A stretch of DNA of 64,000 nucleotides. Origin: Candidatus Dojkabacteria bacterium (lineage in GTDB: Bacteria; Patescibacteriota; Dojkabacteria; B142; JAFGMG01). This document shows, piece by piece, positions 37,091-46,403 of this stretch. The stretch lies in contig JAFGMG010000001.1 in NCBI GenBank assembly GCA_016927655.1, positions 115,599 to 179,598 on the forward strand, read 5' to 3'. The translations under genes and the position numbers were made by a program. Position 1 is the stretch's first letter; every line of letters starts with the position of its first letter. The notes below the pieces were generated by a model. That model searched no databases. It was not told the DNA's origin and saw only the letters and a program-made list of their open reading frames with translations.

Positions 37091-38480
37091 AACTAAAAAA
37101 ACGACCGCAGCATTTTCACTTGTAGAGGTGCTTTTAGCTATTGCAATGCTTGCAATTATTACAACAGCAGTATTCGGGGCAGTTTTCTATGCTCAGGAAT
37201 CAAGTGTGGTAGTCACAAATAGAAATAGAGCCCTTTATCTGGCCGAAGAGGGATTGAATGCAGCCCAGGCAATTAGAGATGATGATTTTGCGAATCTGAT
37301 TGATGGAACGTATGGTTTATCCAGCGGATCAAATCAGTGGATATTTAACGGATCTTCTGATACTGTTGATATTTTCACTAGAGAGATAGAAATTTCAACA
37401 GTAGATGCTACTACAAAGCAGATCCTCTCAAGGATCACGTGGACCCAAAATGCCGGAAGAGAAGGACAAATAGAATTAGTTACGTATTTATCCGATATTT
37501 ATATTAGCGAAATAATTGAGCCACTAGTGAGCTGGGCTATACCAAACATCGCTCTGAATATGGATCTGCCCGGTAATGATAATGGGATAAAAATTCAAAT
37601 TATTGGAAATTATGCCTATATTTTAAGAGGCAGTGGTAATTATGAATTTTCCATTTATGATATTTCCAATCCACTTGCACCTTCGTTAGTCGGCAACACA
37701 GCGACAACGGGAACACCTACGAATTTTTTCGTCGTGGGTAATTATGCTTATGTGACTTCTACTGACAACACACAGGAACTTCAAATCTACGATATCACGA
37801 CACCGGCTACTCCTACGTTTGTGAGCTCGGTCAATCTCAATGGCAATGGTAATGCACAAAGCGTGTATGTTGAAGGAACTTATGCATATGTTGGCAGGGT
37901 AAAAAACAACCGGGATGAATTTGAAGTTGTAAATTTAGCTACTATCGCCAGCCCGACAATATCTGATACACTCGAAATTGGGGAAGGTGTAAATTCCATT
38001 AGAAAATCCGGGAACAATTTATTTATCGGGACAACTCGCAGTACCAGCGAGCTTCAAGTCGTCAATGTTACTAATCCAGCAGATGTCAGCGTCAGCTATA
38101 TTTATGACTTGCCGGGAAATGACTTGGTAAATGATCTGGAGCTTGTTGACAATAATTTATTTACAGCAACAAATGCCGGATATGTTTATGTTCTTGATGT
38201 AACCAACCCCGCCTCATTCACTATAACTGGAACTTATGACGCCGGGGGATCAGTAACCGGAATCAGTGTTGATTCTATAAATGAGTATTTATTCTTAGCA
38301 TCAAGTCTTCATGACTATGAATTTCAAGTTATAGATATCAGCAATTTATCAGCCCCCGCCCTTTTTGGATCAGCAATATATGCTACGCTAAATGACGTTG
38401 CCTATGAAAGTGTTTCAAATAAAACTCTAGGAGTTGGCGATGCAAATGCATCAGAATTGGTAGTCTTTGAACCACAGTAA
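37065..38480 (+). CDS. Large pilin-like protein: prepilin N-terminus fused to LVIVD-repeat beta-propeller domain
   Basis: AAFSLVEVLLAIAMLAII prepilin-like leader/helix. Repeated N.A.V.V.G.YAYV / LVDNNLFTATNAGYVYVLDVTNP motifs (LVIVD-type propeller blades). 471 aa. Overlaps the upstream gene by 26 nt, so the true start may be downstream. Confidence 0.6.
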   Translation: MKKVPWIIKTKKTTAAFSLVEVLLAIAMLAIITTAVFGAVFYAQESSVVVTNRNRALYLAEEGLNAAQAIRDDDFANLIDGTYGLSSGSNQWIFNGSSDTVDIFTREIEISTVDATTKQILSRITWTQNAGREGQIELVTYLSDIYISEIIEPLVSWAIPNIALNMDLPGNDNGIKIQIIGNYAYILRGSGNYEFSIYDISNPLAPSLVGNTATTGTPTNFFVVGNYAYVTSTDNTQELQIYDITTPATPTFVSSVNLNGNGNAQSVYVEGTYAYVGRVKNNRDEFEVVNLATIASPTISDTLEIGEGVNSIRKSGNNLFIGTTRSTSELQVVNVTNPADVSVSYIYDLPGNDLVNDLELVDNNLFTATNAGYVYVLDVTNPASFTITGTYDAGGSVTGISVDSINEYLFLASSLHDYEFQVIDISNLSAPALFGSAIYATLNDVAYESVSNKTLGVGDANASELVVFEPQ

Positions 38481-38489
38481 ATAGTATAT

Positions 38490-39026
38490 ATGAAGAAATA
38501 CTTATTGAATAAAAACGGAATGACATTATTGGAAATACTGCTCTATTTGAGCCTGGCCTCAGTTGTGCTGCTTTCAGTTTCTGTATTTATTACTTCAATA
38601 TTTCGAGCAAGGATCAAAAATGAGGCGGTAGTCCTAGTCAACGAAGAAGCTGCGCAAATTATATCCCAACTCCAAATCGAGATTTCCGAGGCCGATACAA
38701 TAAATCAACCTGCAGAAGGAGCAGCAGCAGCAAGCATAGAGTTTCAAGTAACCGGAGACCCAGTAGAAACAATTGATCTGCAATCACAGCAGATAATCTA
38801 CACTTTGACAGGAAATCTAGGGATCGCTTTGAATTCAACCAAAACAAACGTCACAAATATCAATTTTACAAGAATGAACACAGTTAGTGATAACGAGAGC
38901 ATAAAAGTAGAGTTTAGTATTGAGCGGGATAACTCAAGCGGTTTGCAGGAATACGAATTCTCAAAAACTTTTTATACAACAATAAATATTCCAAGAAAAA
39001 CAGGTGAGACAGAAACATACTTATAA
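38490..39026 (+). CDS. Prepilin-type N-terminal domain protein (minor pilin)
   Basis: NGMTLLEILLYLSLASVVLL (G|MTLLE). Confidence 0.65.
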   Translation: MKKYLLNKNGMTLLEILLYLSLASVVLLSVSVFITSIFRARIKNEAVVLVNEEAAQIISQLQIEISEADTINQPAEGAAAASIEFQVTGDPVETIDLQSQQIIYTLTGNLGIALNSTKTNVTNINFTRMNTVSDNESIKVEFSIERDNSSGLQEYEFSKTFYTTINIPRKTGETETYL

Positions 39027-39417
39027 ACAAAACAAAAAAGGCTATGTGACTCTAATGAGTGTTCTGATTTTGAGTGTAATTGCTTTGAGCATTTCAGTCA
39101 CACTGCTTGCCATGGGAATAACAGCCACACAAAACAGCTTAAGCTTAGAAGATGGCAGTAAAGCCAGTGCATTCGCTGATGCCTGTATGGAAAAGGCATT
39201 AGACAGTATTCGGGCAGACAATCTTTATACCGGGACAGTTCCGCTTACATTTACTGATGGAGAGTGCAGCGCAGTTGTGACAGATATTGCAGGAAACAAC
39301 AAAAGGATCGAATCGATCGGAACAGCAGACAATGCAACTCAAAGATTAGAACTTGAGACAACACAGGTTTATCCGCAGCTTATTATTGATTTTAGAAAAA
39401 ATACCGAAGATTTCTAG
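39004..39417 (+). CDS. PilX-like / degenerate pilin-like protein
   Basis: KGYVTLMSVLILSVIALSISVTLL N-terminal hydrophobic segment with Gly at the cleavage-site position. Cys pair further on. Weak. Confidence 0.35.
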   Translation: MRQKHTYKQNKKGYVTLMSVLILSVIALSISVTLLAMGITATQNSLSLEDGSKASAFADACMEKALDSIRADNLYTGTVPLTFTDGECSAVVTDIAGNNKRIESIGTADNATQRLELETTQVYPQLIIDFRKNTEDF

Positions 39418-39488
39418 CTTTTTACAAATAGCTCTTTACTTCTTTTATGTTTTTATTTACAATAGTTTTCATATTAACTGCTCATTAA

Positions 39489-39941
39489 ATGAAAAAACAA
39501 ATACTTAAAGTCAGAGACGGTTTTACACTTCTTGAAGTTCTTCTAGTAGTCGCAATTATTGCAATTTTGGCTGGAATTGTAATTTTAGCTCTAAATCCAG
39601 GCAAACAGATTTCGGATACAAACGATTCTCAAAGAAGCGTCGATGTCAACACAATTTTAAATGCCGTATGGCAGTATTCGCTCGATAATGACGGAAGTTT
39701 ACCTGCCGGGATTACCGGGACTTCAACCGAGATTTGCGCAACGGGTGCAGCTTCCTGTACCGGCCTTGTAGATCTTTCAGTTCTTACAACCGGAGAGACA
39801 TTTTTGGTAGCAATTCCGGAAGACCCTGCCGGTGGTATAGCTGCGAATGGCTCTGGATACAATATTTCTACTACCCCAGGAGGCAGACTGACAGTTACCG
39901 CAACTCAAGCGGAAAATACAACGATAAGTGTTTCCAGGTAA
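39489..39941 (+). CDS. Type IV pilin (probable major pilin)
   Basis: RDGFTLLEVLLVVAIIAILAGIV (G|FTLLE, Glu5). 150 aa. C-terminal Cys pair (ICATGAASCTG) for the D-region disulfide. Preceded by a 70-bp intergenic region and followed by a strand switch. Confidence 0.8.
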   Translation: MKKQILKVRDGFTLLEVLLVVAIIAILAGIVILALNPGKQISDTNDSQRSVDVNTILNAVWQYSLDNDGSLPAGITGTSTEICATGAASCTGLVDLSVLTTGETFLVAIPEDPAGGIAANGSGYNISTTPGGRLTVTATQAENTTISVSR

Positions 39942-40334
39942 TTAATTATCTTTCGAGACCATTTCTACAACCTTGCTCAGGTCGATATCTGATTTGACTA
40001 TATAATCAGATGCCCCAAGTTTTTTGGCCTTTTCTACATCCGAAGGCTGCGATAGATTTGTAAGGACAATTACTTTTGTTTTATTGTTCTCTTTTTTCAT
40101 CCATTCAAGCACATCAAACCCATTCATTTCAGGCATTATCAAATCCAACAGGATCAAATCGTACTTCCCCTGTGCCAGTAAATCGGTGGCAATCTTCCCA
40201 TTTTCCGCAACAGTCACATCAAATCCTTCAGCGTCCAACTTGATCTTTAGAACTTCAGAGATCGGCTTATCATCTTCAACAATCATCACTTTCTTTGCTG
40301 TACTCGTTGTTTTTGCTGTTTTTACTGTTGCCAT
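39942..40334 (-). CDS. Stand-alone response-regulator receiver (CheY-like) protein
   Basis: MIVEDD...DLILLDLIMPEMNGFDVL...VIVLTN...K receiver-domain motifs (DD, phospho-acceptor D, T, K). Confidence 0.85.
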   Translation of the reverse strand: MATVKTAKTTSTAKKVMIVEDDKPISEVLKIKLDAEGFDVTVAENGKIATDLLAQGKYDLILLDLIMPEMNGFDVLEWMKKENNKTKVIVLTNLSQPSDVEKAKKLGASDYIVKSDIDLSKVVEMVSKDN

Positions 40335-40361
40335 TTTGTTATTTTGTAATATATCGACAGT

Positions 40362-41141
40362 CTAGCAAAAAACCCCATTAAAAACTAGCGGGTCGCAATT
40401 TGCGAAGTACAATGCAAGAATCATAACTAAAACAACGATGCTAAGGAAGGATCCGTATGGCACAAGGTATTTCAATAATTTCTTTTTGTTTCCGCCACTC
40501 ACTATCAATGCAAACAGGATCCCCGCGACACTTGAGATAAAGATTGCCAGGGTGAAATAAAAATAATTGAGAAAAAATCCCAATCCAAAAGCCAGCTTCA
40601 CATCCCCAAATCCCATTTTCTTGTCACCGGTTAAGAAAAACGTCAAAAGAAGAAGTCCGGCAGCAAATGCGACATTGAAAATGCTCCCCAATAAATTCCC
40701 ATGCGTCAAGATATTTAATATTCCGCAAAGGATAAGAAAAATTTGCATTTCATCCGGTATTTCAAGATAAAGTGCATCACTGATTGCTATTACAAAGATC
40801 CCCAATGAAAAGCCCATATATATTACAGCCTCGGATAAATCCAATGTGCCAGTAGCATATAAATAGCCCCATAAAGCAGCGATAACTCCTAAAAATATTT
40901 CCCCGGATAGCTCTCTTTTTGAAATAGTTTTTCTACAGTACCTGCACTTTCCTTTCAGAAGCAAGAACGAAAAAACCGGGAGAAGATCTAGAGGACCCAA
41001 CTCATGTTTGCAAAATTCACAGTGTGATCTGGTAAGAAGAGATTCTCTTGTTTTAAGCCTGTAAACAAGCATATTTCCAAAACTGGCCAATACCAGACCT
41101 AAAACAGAAAAAAATATTATCAGTAGAAATTCATACATCAT
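40362..41141 (-). CDS. pilD: Prepilin peptidase (A24 family, PilD)
   Basis: N-terminal CEFCKHELGPLDL...KGKCRYCRKTIS Zn-finger (CxxC...CxxC). Catalytic Asp contexts ISDALYLEIPD and FGFGDVKL. Confidence 0.85.
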   Translation of the reverse strand: MMYEFLLIIFFSVLGLVLASFGNMLVYRLKTRESLLTRSHCEFCKHELGPLDLLPVFSFLLLKGKCRYCRKTISKRELSGEIFLGVIAALWGYLYATGTLDLSEAVIYMGFSLGIFVIAISDALYLEIPDEMQIFLILCGILNILTHGNLLGSIFNVAFAAGLLLLTFFLTGDKKMGFGDVKLAFGLGFFLNYFYFTLAIFISSVAGILFALIVSGGNKKKLLKYLVPYGSFLSIVVLVMILALYFANCDPLVFNGVFC

Positions 41142-41153
41142 GAAGGTATTGTA

Positions 41154-41456
41154 CTATTTTTGCACTACTCTTTGAACCACAACAAATCCATCCTGCACAT
41201 GAACTGCATTTTGGAGAGCTTCTTGCTGATTTAGACTTTCTGTCACAAAATCATCTCGAAAGACATTGATCGCACCTATGCTTGTAGAAGTTTCTTCCAC
41301 GTCATCAAGTAAAAGCTCATCAAATACGGAAGCAGCATCTAATGCAGTTTCTAATTGATCTTTAAAGTTTTCCAGCTGTTCTTCAGGGATATAAATCTTT
41401 ATCAAGTTTGCAATATTCTTGATATCTTCGTTTGTTAATTTTTTCATTGGAGTCAT
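41154..41456 (-). CDS. gatC: Glu/Asp-tRNA amidotransferase subunit C
   Basis: 100 aa. LTNEDIKNIANLIKI...EEQLENFKDQL...VFDEL...DVEETSTSI...NVFRDD matches GatC consensus (...a.LaRl.l.eee...f..ql..il.yv..L.e.dt..v.P...........R.D). Confidence 0.75.
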   Translation of the reverse strand: MTPMKKLTNEDIKNIANLIKIYIPEEQLENFKDQLETALDAASVFDELLLDDVEETSTSIGAINVFRDDFVTESLNQQEALQNAVHVQDGFVVVQRVVQK

Positions 41457-41460
41457 AAAT

Positions 41461-41844
41461 TTATTCTAACCTATATTGCTCCAATATTTCAAGCAGATTT
41501 AGAACATTCTGGTCTAAGTTATGCTTATTGATGTAGATAGCGCCAGCTCCAAGCAGATCGGCCTTATTTTTTACTTCGCTAACTAAATTTTTTATAACAA
41601 TTTCGTCTATCGGGTCTACCACTAGAAAATGAACTGTCAGATCAAATGAGCTATTAGAGAAAAAAACAAAACCTAGAAGTTTTTCACCTTGGAAATATCC
41701 AGCAGAGAAAGAATTCGGGGATTGGAGAAAAGCAAGCATCCTGGTTTTGAGATTATTGTAACCACTTTCCCCAAGTATTTTAAGACAGCTTTCGATATCT
41801 TTTTGTTTAAGTTCTCTGATCATTCTGATAAATTTACAATTCAA
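41461..41844 (-). CDS. Hypothetical protein (possibly degenerate GNAT-like)
   Basis: ORF only. Start overlaps the upstream gene. No confident motif. Confidence 0.25.
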   Translation of the reverse strand: MNCKFIRMIRELKQKDIESCLKILGESGYNNLKTRMLAFLQSPNSFSAGYFQGEKLLGFVFFSNSSFDLTVHFLVVDPIDEIVIKNLVSEVKNKADLLGAGAIYINKHNLDQNVLNLLEILEQYRLE

Positions 41845-42523
41845 TCACATCACCTTTGACAACGTTTCCAGGAGGATCAACGTTTATTTCCCATATTGCT
41901 TTTATTGTAGCCAGATTGTCCCGGATCTCATACCAGCTTTCGTTATTATAATCGCGTCTATCAGCTTTGAATCCCTGAACTTCGATCCCAAGCGAATTAC
42001 AAATATACATTGCTCTATTTAGATGGAAATCCTGTGTGATAATTACGGCTGATTCGACATTAAAGATCTCTTTTGCTCTGAGGCAGCTATCATACGTACG
42101 CCTCCCTGCATAATCGGGCTGAATTGCTGCCTCGGGTACTCCCTCAGCTTTGGCAAGCTCAACCATTGCTGTCGGCTCATCGTAATCCATCGTTCGATTA
42201 TCGCCTGACATTATCAATTTCTCGACTTTCCCGGCTTTGTAGAGATCTACTGCAGAAAGCACTCTATCTTCAAGGATAGGACCAGGTTCATCTCCCCAAA
42301 GCCCTGCTCCAAGTACCAAGGCAACTTTAGTATTCTCTACTTCTTCAATTTCGCTGTGTTTATAGGCTGAATACGTTTGTGCTATCCAGAAATTTACAAG
42401 AAAGATTGAGAAAATAATAGCAAGAAAGATTATAAAGAAAGCTAAAAGTATTTTCTTCCAGCTGCCTAATATTTTTTTTAATTTCTCTTTGAATGCTTTG
42501 ATCTTCCTTTTATTTTGTCTCAT
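41834..42523 (-). CDS. DUF218 (SanA/YdcF/ElyC-like) membrane-anchored protein
   Basis: N-terminal TM, then ALVLGAGLWGDEPGPIL...LIMSGDN...VITQDFHLNRA pattern typical of DUF218. Confidence 0.7.
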   Translation of the reverse strand: MRQNKRKIKAFKEKLKKILGSWKKILLAFFIIFLAIIFSIFLVNFWIAQTYSAYKHSEIEEVENTKVALVLGAGLWGDEPGPILEDRVLSAVDLYKAGKVEKLIMSGDNRTMDYDEPTAMVELAKAEGVPEAAIQPDYAGRRTYDSCLRAKEIFNVESAVIITQDFHLNRAMYICNSLGIEVQGFKADRRDYNNESWYEIRDNLATIKAIWEINVDPPGNVVKGDVIEL

Positions 42524-42664
42524 ATGACATTCTATCAGAAAAAATAAGTGAGCTAGGCTAAGACGAATTAGCGTCGCTCACTATTAAAAGCAAAAATGTG
42601 CAGTAAAACTGGAGACAGTCTAATGCTTATTTCAATTTTTGTAAAGGATTTTTTTGTCAAGGGA

Positions 42665-43108
42665 TTAAATATATTTTTCCCAATTAATTTTCAGCCATTT
42701 TTTGCTGAACCGGTAGATATCACCAAGCTCTCGTTTTTCCATTTCTTTTCTTATTACTCCGCCTTTGTGAGGATGATCGTAAATTTGATTTAGCGGAGAA
42801 TTAAATCCGTGTGCGTAATGACACATTTCGTGTGCTATAGTTCCGATTACAACATCTTCCGGGATAGTTTCATCTTTAAATTTGGAGGTGATTCTGATCA
42901 CGCTGATCTTTTTATCGTCTTGAATTTTTACCTTCTCTAGATGCTGTTCGATTCCTCTTGTTTTCTTTGTCGCCCAGGTAATGCAGCCTAGTTGTCTTTT
43001 GGCACCACGACCGAATTTTATTATAACAAGATTTTTGCGCGGGACATCTGAGAAGTGGTTCTCCCAAAGCTCATACATTTTTTCCTCCAGCCATTTATTG
43101 TCCCGCAT
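42665..43108 (-). CDS. SprT-like / HExxH zinc metallopeptidase-fold protein
   Basis: IAHEMCHYAHGFNSP contains HExxH. Size and context resemble the SprT-like domain. Confidence 0.45.
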   Translation of the reverse strand: MRDNKWLEEKMYELWENHFSDVPRKNLVIIKFGRGAKRQLGCITWATKKTRGIEQHLEKVKIQDDKKISVIRITSKFKDETIPEDVVIGTIAHEMCHYAHGFNSPLNQIYDHPHKGGVIRKEMEKRELGDIYRFSKKWLKINWEKYI

Positions 43109-43853
43109 ATGTAATGATTAAATATCGATTTAAATTTCCCTCTTGCCCATCTGCATTATAGTCTGCTTTTATTCTTAAGCCGGACCGTTTTAATTCATTA
43201 ATCAAGCCGTCAATTTCTTTATCACTGAAACTATGACAGTATCTTGGCAAGTCAGATCTATCCCAATTAAGCAGATAATCACCATCTTCAAAGTAATTAA
43301 ATAATTCTGCCGTCACTTTGTCAACTTGATTTTTACCAAGAATTGTCTTGTCAAATCGCCGCGATTTACGGAATTGCCAGAAAGTAAGAGCTAATTGGCC
43401 GTTGAGAGTTAACTTCGAGGCTAAGTCTTTCAAAAGTTCCAGACGGTTTTCGCGTCCTGGTATGTGGTGCATCAAGCCAAATACAACTATTAGATTGTAT
43501 TCCTGTCTAATATTATTTAAATTCTGCGTTTCAAGAACATCAATTACCTGAAATTTTTCATTGCCGTCTGCTTGATAACGCGCATGCGCAATTTGGATTA
43601 ACTTTTTTGAAGCATCGATGCCAAGATAATTTGCAAAGACTATCCCCTGCTCTTTTAGAAATCCCAAAAAACGCCCATTTCCACAGCCGACGTCAAGAAT
43701 ACTATTTAATTTCTTGCCTTTTCGTATCAAAATTTCAGCCAGCTTCTCCCACCCCGGCCAGTGAATTTCACGCGTATCACTGAAACTCTGTGCTTGAGCC
43801 TGGTAGAATTTTTTGTTTAATGAAACTAGTTTATTTTTGATTATTTCCTTCAT
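43095..43853 (-). CDS. Class I SAM-dependent methyltransferase
   Basis: ILDVGCGNGRF (motif I). Acidic residue ending beta2 (LGIDAS). Motif IV-like VFGLMHHIP. Confidence 0.75.
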   Translation of the reverse strand: MKEIIKNKLVSLNKKFYQAQAQSFSDTREIHWPGWEKLAEILIRKGKKLNSILDVGCGNGRFLGFLKEQGIVFANYLGIDASKKLIQIAHARYQADGNEKFQVIDVLETQNLNNIRQEYNLIVVFGLMHHIPGRENRLELLKDLASKLTLNGQLALTFWQFRKSRRFDKTILGKNQVDKVTAELFNYFEDGDYLLNWDRSDLPRYCHSFSDKEIDGLINELKRSGLRIKADYNADGQEGNLNRYLIITYAGQ

Positions 43854-43906
43854 CTAGACATTATACCGCACTCTAAAGAGTAGTTTTTATACATTACCGA
43901 AAGGTT

Positions 43907-45889
43907 ATGCTAGATTTCAGCAGAGAAAAGACACCCGCTAAATCTCTTCCTGTGAAGACCAACCCAGAGAGCGGGATTTATCAAAATAACCCAACATTAC
44001 CGATTGGCAATGTTTGTAAAGTAACTAAAACAGATATCCCTTCCAACAAATTAAAAAGCAGGCAGACAAGAATATACTGGTATAATCAACACATGGCATA
44101 CAGAACATTTGATCCGACAAAATACGAACGGGAACTACTAGGAATTTTCCAAGAAGTCCTGCAGGCTAAGAAGCTAAATCAAAGCAGGCTGCGCAAAATT
44201 CTTCACAAATATCCACGAGATGGCAACAAAATATTTTCCAAGGACCAGCTCGTTCAAGGATTTCAGTACCTTAAATCAAATAAGAAGAATTTTGCGCAAA
44301 AAGAACTTCCGGAATATCTAAAAAAGCGTCCCGTTAGAACAATTTCCGGAGTCACAACGGTCACAGTTCTTACCAAGCCATTCCCCTGCCCCGGCAGGTG
44401 CATTTTCTGTCCAAATGATATCACTATGCCAAAAAGCTACATTGCCAGTGAGCCCGGAGCACAAAGAGCTATCGCAAATAGATTTGATCCTTTTAAACAA
44501 GTTTACAACAGGCTCAAAGCATTACATCAGATAGGACACCCAACAGAAAAAATCGAACTTCTGGTTCTGGGCGGGACCTGGAGCTATTATCCAGAAAGCT
44601 ATCAGATTTGGTTTATCAAAAGATGCTTCGAGGGATTGAATGCTTTTGATCCTTTAGATTTAAAAGAATTCCCCCGACAGGAAATCGAATTTTCACCCAA
44701 TAATTTCAATAACAAAATAAGAAAACAAACCGGAAAAAAGACCTACAATGAGTTAATTAATACAAAAGAATACAAAGATAATTTCGCGAAAGAATTTGAA
44801 ACTAGTTTGCAGAAATCCACATGGGAAGAATTGTTTAAAGAGCATAAAATCAATGAAACTGCACACGCTAGAAACGTTGGATTAGTCCTTGAGACTAGAC
44901 CTGATACGATAGATACAAAAGAAGTTTTGAAGCTCCGCAGATTTGGAGCTACAAAAATTCAAATCGGTGTGCAAACACTTGATCCAATCGTCAATAAAGC
45001 AAACAAGCGATTTGAAACAATAGAGCAGATACGAAACGCTTTTAGTCTTCTGCGGCAAGCAGGTTTCAAGATCCACGCCCATATGATGCCAAATCTTTAC
45101 AAATCAACGCCCTTAAAGGATCTAAAAACATACAAAGACTTATTTAATCAGCTGGACTTCAAACCAGACGAGCTGAAAATATATCCGACATCAATAATTC
45201 CACACACCGAACTTGCCAGACTTCAGGAACAGGGGAAATACGAACCTTATAGTCCGCAGACCCTATCAAACCTGCTTGCCGACATGATTGAAACAACTCC
45301 AAGATACTGCCGTCTCAGCAGAATTGTCCGCGATATTCCTTCAGGAGAAATTGTGACAGGGAACAAAATTACAAATCTCAGGCAGCTTATTGAAGCCAGA
45401 CTGGAAACCGAACTTCGTAAAAACGAAAATATCAGGGCCAGGGAGATCAAAAACATTAAATTTGACAAAGAACAAGCGATATTTAAATCAACTAACTACA
45501 AGACAAACACCTCAATAGAATATTTTCTTGAATATGTGAGTAAAGATGACAAACTTCTTGGGTTTTTAAGACTTTCACTTCCTAATTCAAAAACTAATCC
45601 AATAACAAACGAGCTAAATAACTCCGCAATTATTCGAGAAGTTCATATATATGGGCCGGCGCAAAATATCCGGGGAAGCAAATCAAAAAAAATTATTCCT
45701 ACTAAAAGCAAAGCGCAGCATATTGGATTTGGCACAAAGTTACTCCAAAAAGCGATATCAATTTCAAAAGAAATGGGATTTGACTACCTTAGCGTAATTT
45801 CTGCAATAGGCACAAGAGAATATTACAGGAAAAGAGGATTTAGAGACGGGAGGCTGTACCAGAAGACAAAAACTCATCTCTCAAGCTGA
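43907..45889 (+). CDS. Elp3-like radical SAM / GNAT acetyltransferase (tRNA U34 carboxymethyl-uridine synthase family)
   Basis: CPGRCIFCP radical-SAM cysteine triad. Central TIM-barrel-like region. C-terminal GNAT domain (HIGFGTKLLQKAISISKEMGFDYLSV). The ORF has about 60 extra N-terminal residues, so the true start may be an internal Met (about 44087). Confidence 0.75.
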   Translation: MLDFSREKTPAKSLPVKTNPESGIYQNNPTLPIGNVCKVTKTDIPSNKLKSRQTRIYWYNQHMAYRTFDPTKYERELLGIFQEVLQAKKLNQSRLRKILHKYPRDGNKIFSKDQLVQGFQYLKSNKKNFAQKELPEYLKKRPVRTISGVTTVTVLTKPFPCPGRCIFCPNDITMPKSYIASEPGAQRAIANRFDPFKQVYNRLKALHQIGHPTEKIELLVLGGTWSYYPESYQIWFIKRCFEGLNAFDPLDLKEFPRQEIEFSPNNFNNKIRKQTGKKTYNELINTKEYKDNFAKEFETSLQKSTWEELFKEHKINETAHARNVGLVLETRPDTIDTKEVLKLRRFGATKIQIGVQTLDPIVNKANKRFETIEQIRNAFSLLRQAGFKIHAHMMPNLYKSTPLKDLKTYKDLFNQLDFKPDELKIYPTSIIPHTELARLQEQGKYEPYSPQTLSNLLADMIETTPRYCRLSRIVRDIPSGEIVTGNKITNLRQLIEARLETELRKNENIRAREIKNIKFDKEQAIFKSTNYKTNTSIEYFLEYVSKDDKLLGFLRLSLPNSKTNPITNELNNSAIIREVHIYGPAQNIRGSKSKKIIPTKSKAQHIGFGTKLLQKAISISKEMGFDYLSVISAIGTREYYRKRGFRDGRLYQKTKTHLSS

Positions 45890-46403
45890 TATTCCGCTAT
45901 TAGCTGTTTCTGGGCCCTATTCATCATTCTCTTCTCGCTCCGCCAGCCATCTTTGTTCCCCAGGCTAAGTGAATATTGTCTCTCCCAAGCACCAGCACTC
46001 CATCTACTTGTAGAGGGAACTTTTCTTCCGCTCCAGAGCTTTACGCTCAAATACTGGTCCATGATATTTGACCTAATTGCCTCTTAAAACGCAAGATAAA
46101 ATTACATAATACCCCAGTATATACTCAAAATATCACCCCATAGATGGTATAATCAAGTGTTATTAGTGAAATATTATGTCGGAAGAAAAACACAATCAAT
46201 CAGTAAATTGCTTTTTCACATTTTTGATTATTATGCTCCTTTTTCTTGTCTGTTCAGCATGCTGCTGCGTTGGGACTTTCCTGGCTCCGATGCTTCCGCT
46301 TTTATGCCCATTTGCATGGCTGTAAACCTTAAATCTACCGAAAAAATTTTAGCAAATTAAAGTATTGTGATAGAATTACATTCATATTTTTTACTTCTTT
46401 TTA

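Noticed and set aside
45900-46060. Candidate SRP (4.5S) RNA in the GC-richer part of the long intergenic region
   Set aside because: Neither strand contains the conserved SRP domain IV motifs (GGAAGGAAGCAGCC / AGCAGGG context) by eye. Left as an unassigned region in the findings.
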